Source of the DNA: an uncultured Candidatus Saccharibacteria bacterium
GTDB lineage: Bacteria; Patescibacteriota; Minisyncoccia; Phycocordibacterales; UBA918
Length of the DNA: 64,000 nt
Assembly (NCBI GenBank): GCA_964402035.1
Contig: CAYOAM010000001.1
Location: forward strand, 371,558-435,557
Reading direction: 5' to 3'
Shown here: positions 61,903-64,000 of the stretch, in pieces
Layout of the letters: each line of letters begins with the position of its first letter
How positions within the stretch are numbered: the stretch's first letter is position 1
Translations under genes and position numbers: made by a program
Notes under the pieces: model-generated
Told to the model about the DNA's origin: nothing
Databases searched by the model: none
The model's input: only the letters and a program-made list of their open reading frames with translations

Positions 61903-63405
61903 ATGAAGATTGAAGATGTTCTCGCCCGCCTCGATCATGAGCACAAAAACGGTGCCTCTGAAGAGGATCTCGCAAATACGGCTAAATCGATCATTCGTCC
62001 ACCTGCCGTCGCGCACCTTAATCCACACTCGACGAGGAAAATGGTGGGAACAAGGGAGTCGTTTGACAAGTCGAGCGTCACCATTTCGTTAGAAACCGAA
62101 CATGGGATGGCGACAGACGAGATTCGTCGTACTCTCGCGGAGACACTTGCAACGTTCGGCACACTGGAAGCACCTCCTGACATGTTTACGGCAGAAATTA
62201 GCTATCGCTGGGAATCGATTGCGGCATTTCTACGAGAAACGGAAATTTCGCCAAAGGTCAGCCATATTACGATTAGTCCGCATTACGCCACTATCGACAA
62301 GACGAAGCTGCGTATGCACAAACCCCGTGGCAACTCCGTTGATCTTAAACTGGACTACTGGCCGAACTACAAAGGTCCGCATATCGAGATCGCCACGAAG
62401 CACAGTGTGCAATTGCACGAGGAGATCGTACGGGCAATTCGTCCGTGGGTTACCTACTCATTCAGTAGGCCTGCATGGCTTCCACGTCTGAGGCGCAGAG
62501 ATACCACACAGATGCGATTCAATTTCGGCGGAGGCGGCGGTATTTCTTTTGCAGAATTCGAGCCCACGATCAATATTCCCGCGCCTGCAAACTTTCTGCT
62601 CGGCGTCGGAAGACTCTTTGGCACGAAACTACCGCTGCCAACGGAGTTCAGGAAGGCAGTTTTCAACAGCGACCGCCTTCTTGAGTACCTGCAGACAGCA
62701 AGCAGCCTCTTTAGCAAGCATCAAGATGCTGCGACGAACAAATACGAACCGCCGAGCGAGGAAGAGACAGCACGCATGTTCCATCAAGAGCTGCTCGTCA
62801 TCGATTCCTTCGGAAAGGACAAGTCGGGCAACGAGTGCTGGCCTTCCTCAATTGCAGCAGGCCGCGCTGCAGTCAGGATGATCCAGGAACATTTCGGGTG
62901 GAATCACCAGCACATGCAAGCACTCATGCTTGTAACTCCATATCCATGGAATCTTGGTGTGTGGATCACGCACGTATCGGATACATACGGCGTTGAACTG
63001 GAACCCGACTACCCTTCGTGCATTCCCGAGAAAGATACCCAGATCATTCGCTTGTGGTGTCTCCTTCGGGCATTTCGGAAGAGCTTTGCAGCTGATCCGA
63101 AAAATTCATATAGGCGCTACCACGAAGAATATCTTCACCCGACATACTTGTGGTCGAGCTACGTAGAGAAGTGTGACCTGAACGAAGTCGTCCACACGCC
63201 AAAGCCGATGCATGCAGATCTGCAGAAAGTCAGCTTCGGCCATGCGGACATACGCCGCGACAACAAAGACTTCTTCAAGGTGGAATGCTCAACTTTCGAA
63301 CCAAATACCTTGAGCTTTGCGCTTTCGCTCAACACGGGGTCCGATACACCGTTCTTTCCTTTCTACAACAGTGTTCTCAAGCAACTGGGATACACACTCG
63401 GCTGA
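61903..63405 (+). CDS. Hypothetical protein, 500 aa
   Basis: Long ORF with AAAGGA RBS and TTGACA-N17-TATAGT (61837-61865); no family recognised. Confidence 0.7.
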   Translation: MKIEDVLARLDHEHKNGASEEDLANTAKSIIRPPAVAHLNPHSTRKMVGTRESFDKSSVTISLETEHGMATDEIRRTLAETLATFGTLEAPPDMFTAEISYRWESIAAFLRETEISPKVSHITISPHYATIDKTKLRMHKPRGNSVDLKLDYWPNYKGPHIEIATKHSVQLHEEIVRAIRPWVTYSFSRPAWLPRLRRRDTTQMRFNFGGGGGISFAEFEPTINIPAPANFLLGVGRLFGTKLPLPTEFRKAVFNSDRLLEYLQTASSLFSKHQDAATNKYEPPSEEETARMFHQELLVIDSFGKDKSGNECWPSSIAAGRAAVRMIQEHFGWNHQHMQALMLVTPYPWNLGVWITHVSDTYGVELEPDYPSCIPEKDTQIIRLWCLLRAFRKSFAADPKNSYRRYHEEYLHPTYLWSSYVEKCDLNEVVHTPKPMHADLQKVSFGHADIRRDNKDFFKVECSTFEPNTLSFALSLNTGSDTPFFPFYNSVLKQLGYTLG

Positions 63406-63627
63406 CACAGTGCGACGGCAACGTCGCACTTTTTTTATACAGGAGTGGAATAAGGGTGTCAGGTACCTTAAAAATTGTCCCTGTCCCCATTTCTCCGTGT
63501 TGCACTATGATGCTATCAAGTTGTATATCGTGCTCTTTGGCGTAATTTCCAGGTCTCATGGACCAGTAATATCACAACAAGAAAAATACGCAACTTAACC
63601 TTTTCGGCACTCAAAGTTTTTATCGCT

Positions 63628-63999
63628 TTACAATTCTAGGAATTTCCACTCGCTTAAGTCATTCGGATTGAAATGATACTTCTTTTGCTCGCTTATACGC
63701 CAACTTTTTCCATCAGGAATCACAATCCCTCCAAAGAGCTTAGTCTTCCGTTTACTTCGCTCAAGAATATACTTTGAAAGTCCTTCTGCACGTGACCCTG
63801 CTGTTTCTGCAGTAAGACCACCCTTTGTATCGAACAGACCAATTGAACCATCTTTAAGTTGCACTACAAAGTCGACATAAAATGCCTTCTCTTGATCATG
63901 TTCAACATACGGGACCGCAAAATATGTCGCATCACCAACTCCATTTTTAAACCACCACAAAACATTTTTAGACTTCTCGAGAAAATCAATAAATGAGAC
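63628..63999 (-). CDS. C-terminal nuclease domain of a type III restriction endonuclease (partial, runs off window)
   Basis: WWFKNG, F.VPY, FYVDF, DTKG PD-(D/E)xK-type pattern; frame open to window end. Confidence 0.72.
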   Translation of the reverse strand, partial: VSFIDFLEKSKNVLWWFKNGVGDATYFAVPYVEHDQEKAFYVDFVVQLKDGSIGLFDTKGGLTAETAGSRAEGLSKYILERSKRKTKLFGGIVIPDGKSWRISEQKKYHFNPNDLSEWKFLEL

Positions 64000-64000
64000 C

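Overview
Bacterial DNA using genetic code 11. Gene content and order (mraZ-rsmH-ftsL-ftsI-murF; frr-rseP-proS-mreB-mreC-mrdA-greA-lysS; a second mreB next to a VirB4/TraG-like ATPase; degenerate priA; archaeal-type AspRS) and genes starting just after a -10 box suggest a Patescibacteria/CPR (Parcubacteria-like) genome; this is inference. Layout: 1-15 kb is patchy accessory DNA (SET protein, AlkA, ackA-xfp, SpeD-like, ABC pair, PaaK-like). tRNA-Glu(CTC) at 15168 is followed by a ~13.5 kb island resembling a lipid/acyl-modifying biosynthetic cluster (PAP2, desaturase, NTF2-like, hydrolase, Rieske, two B12-radical SAM, two GNAT-like, GH3, DedA) with its own IscS/IscU/reductase. 32-59 kb is core division and translation genes. 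At 59.7-60.1 kb tRNA-Asn(GTT) is split by a 257-nt group I intron in the anticodon; an inactivated IS481-like element, an orphan gene and the end of a type III restriction endonuclease follow. The most unusual signal is non-coding: both tRNA genes are surrounded by the same modular architecture (antisense tRNA 3' copies broken by 25-nt hairpins, homologous covarying stem-loop modules, duplicated tRNA fragments). All calls are by eye; no searches were run.
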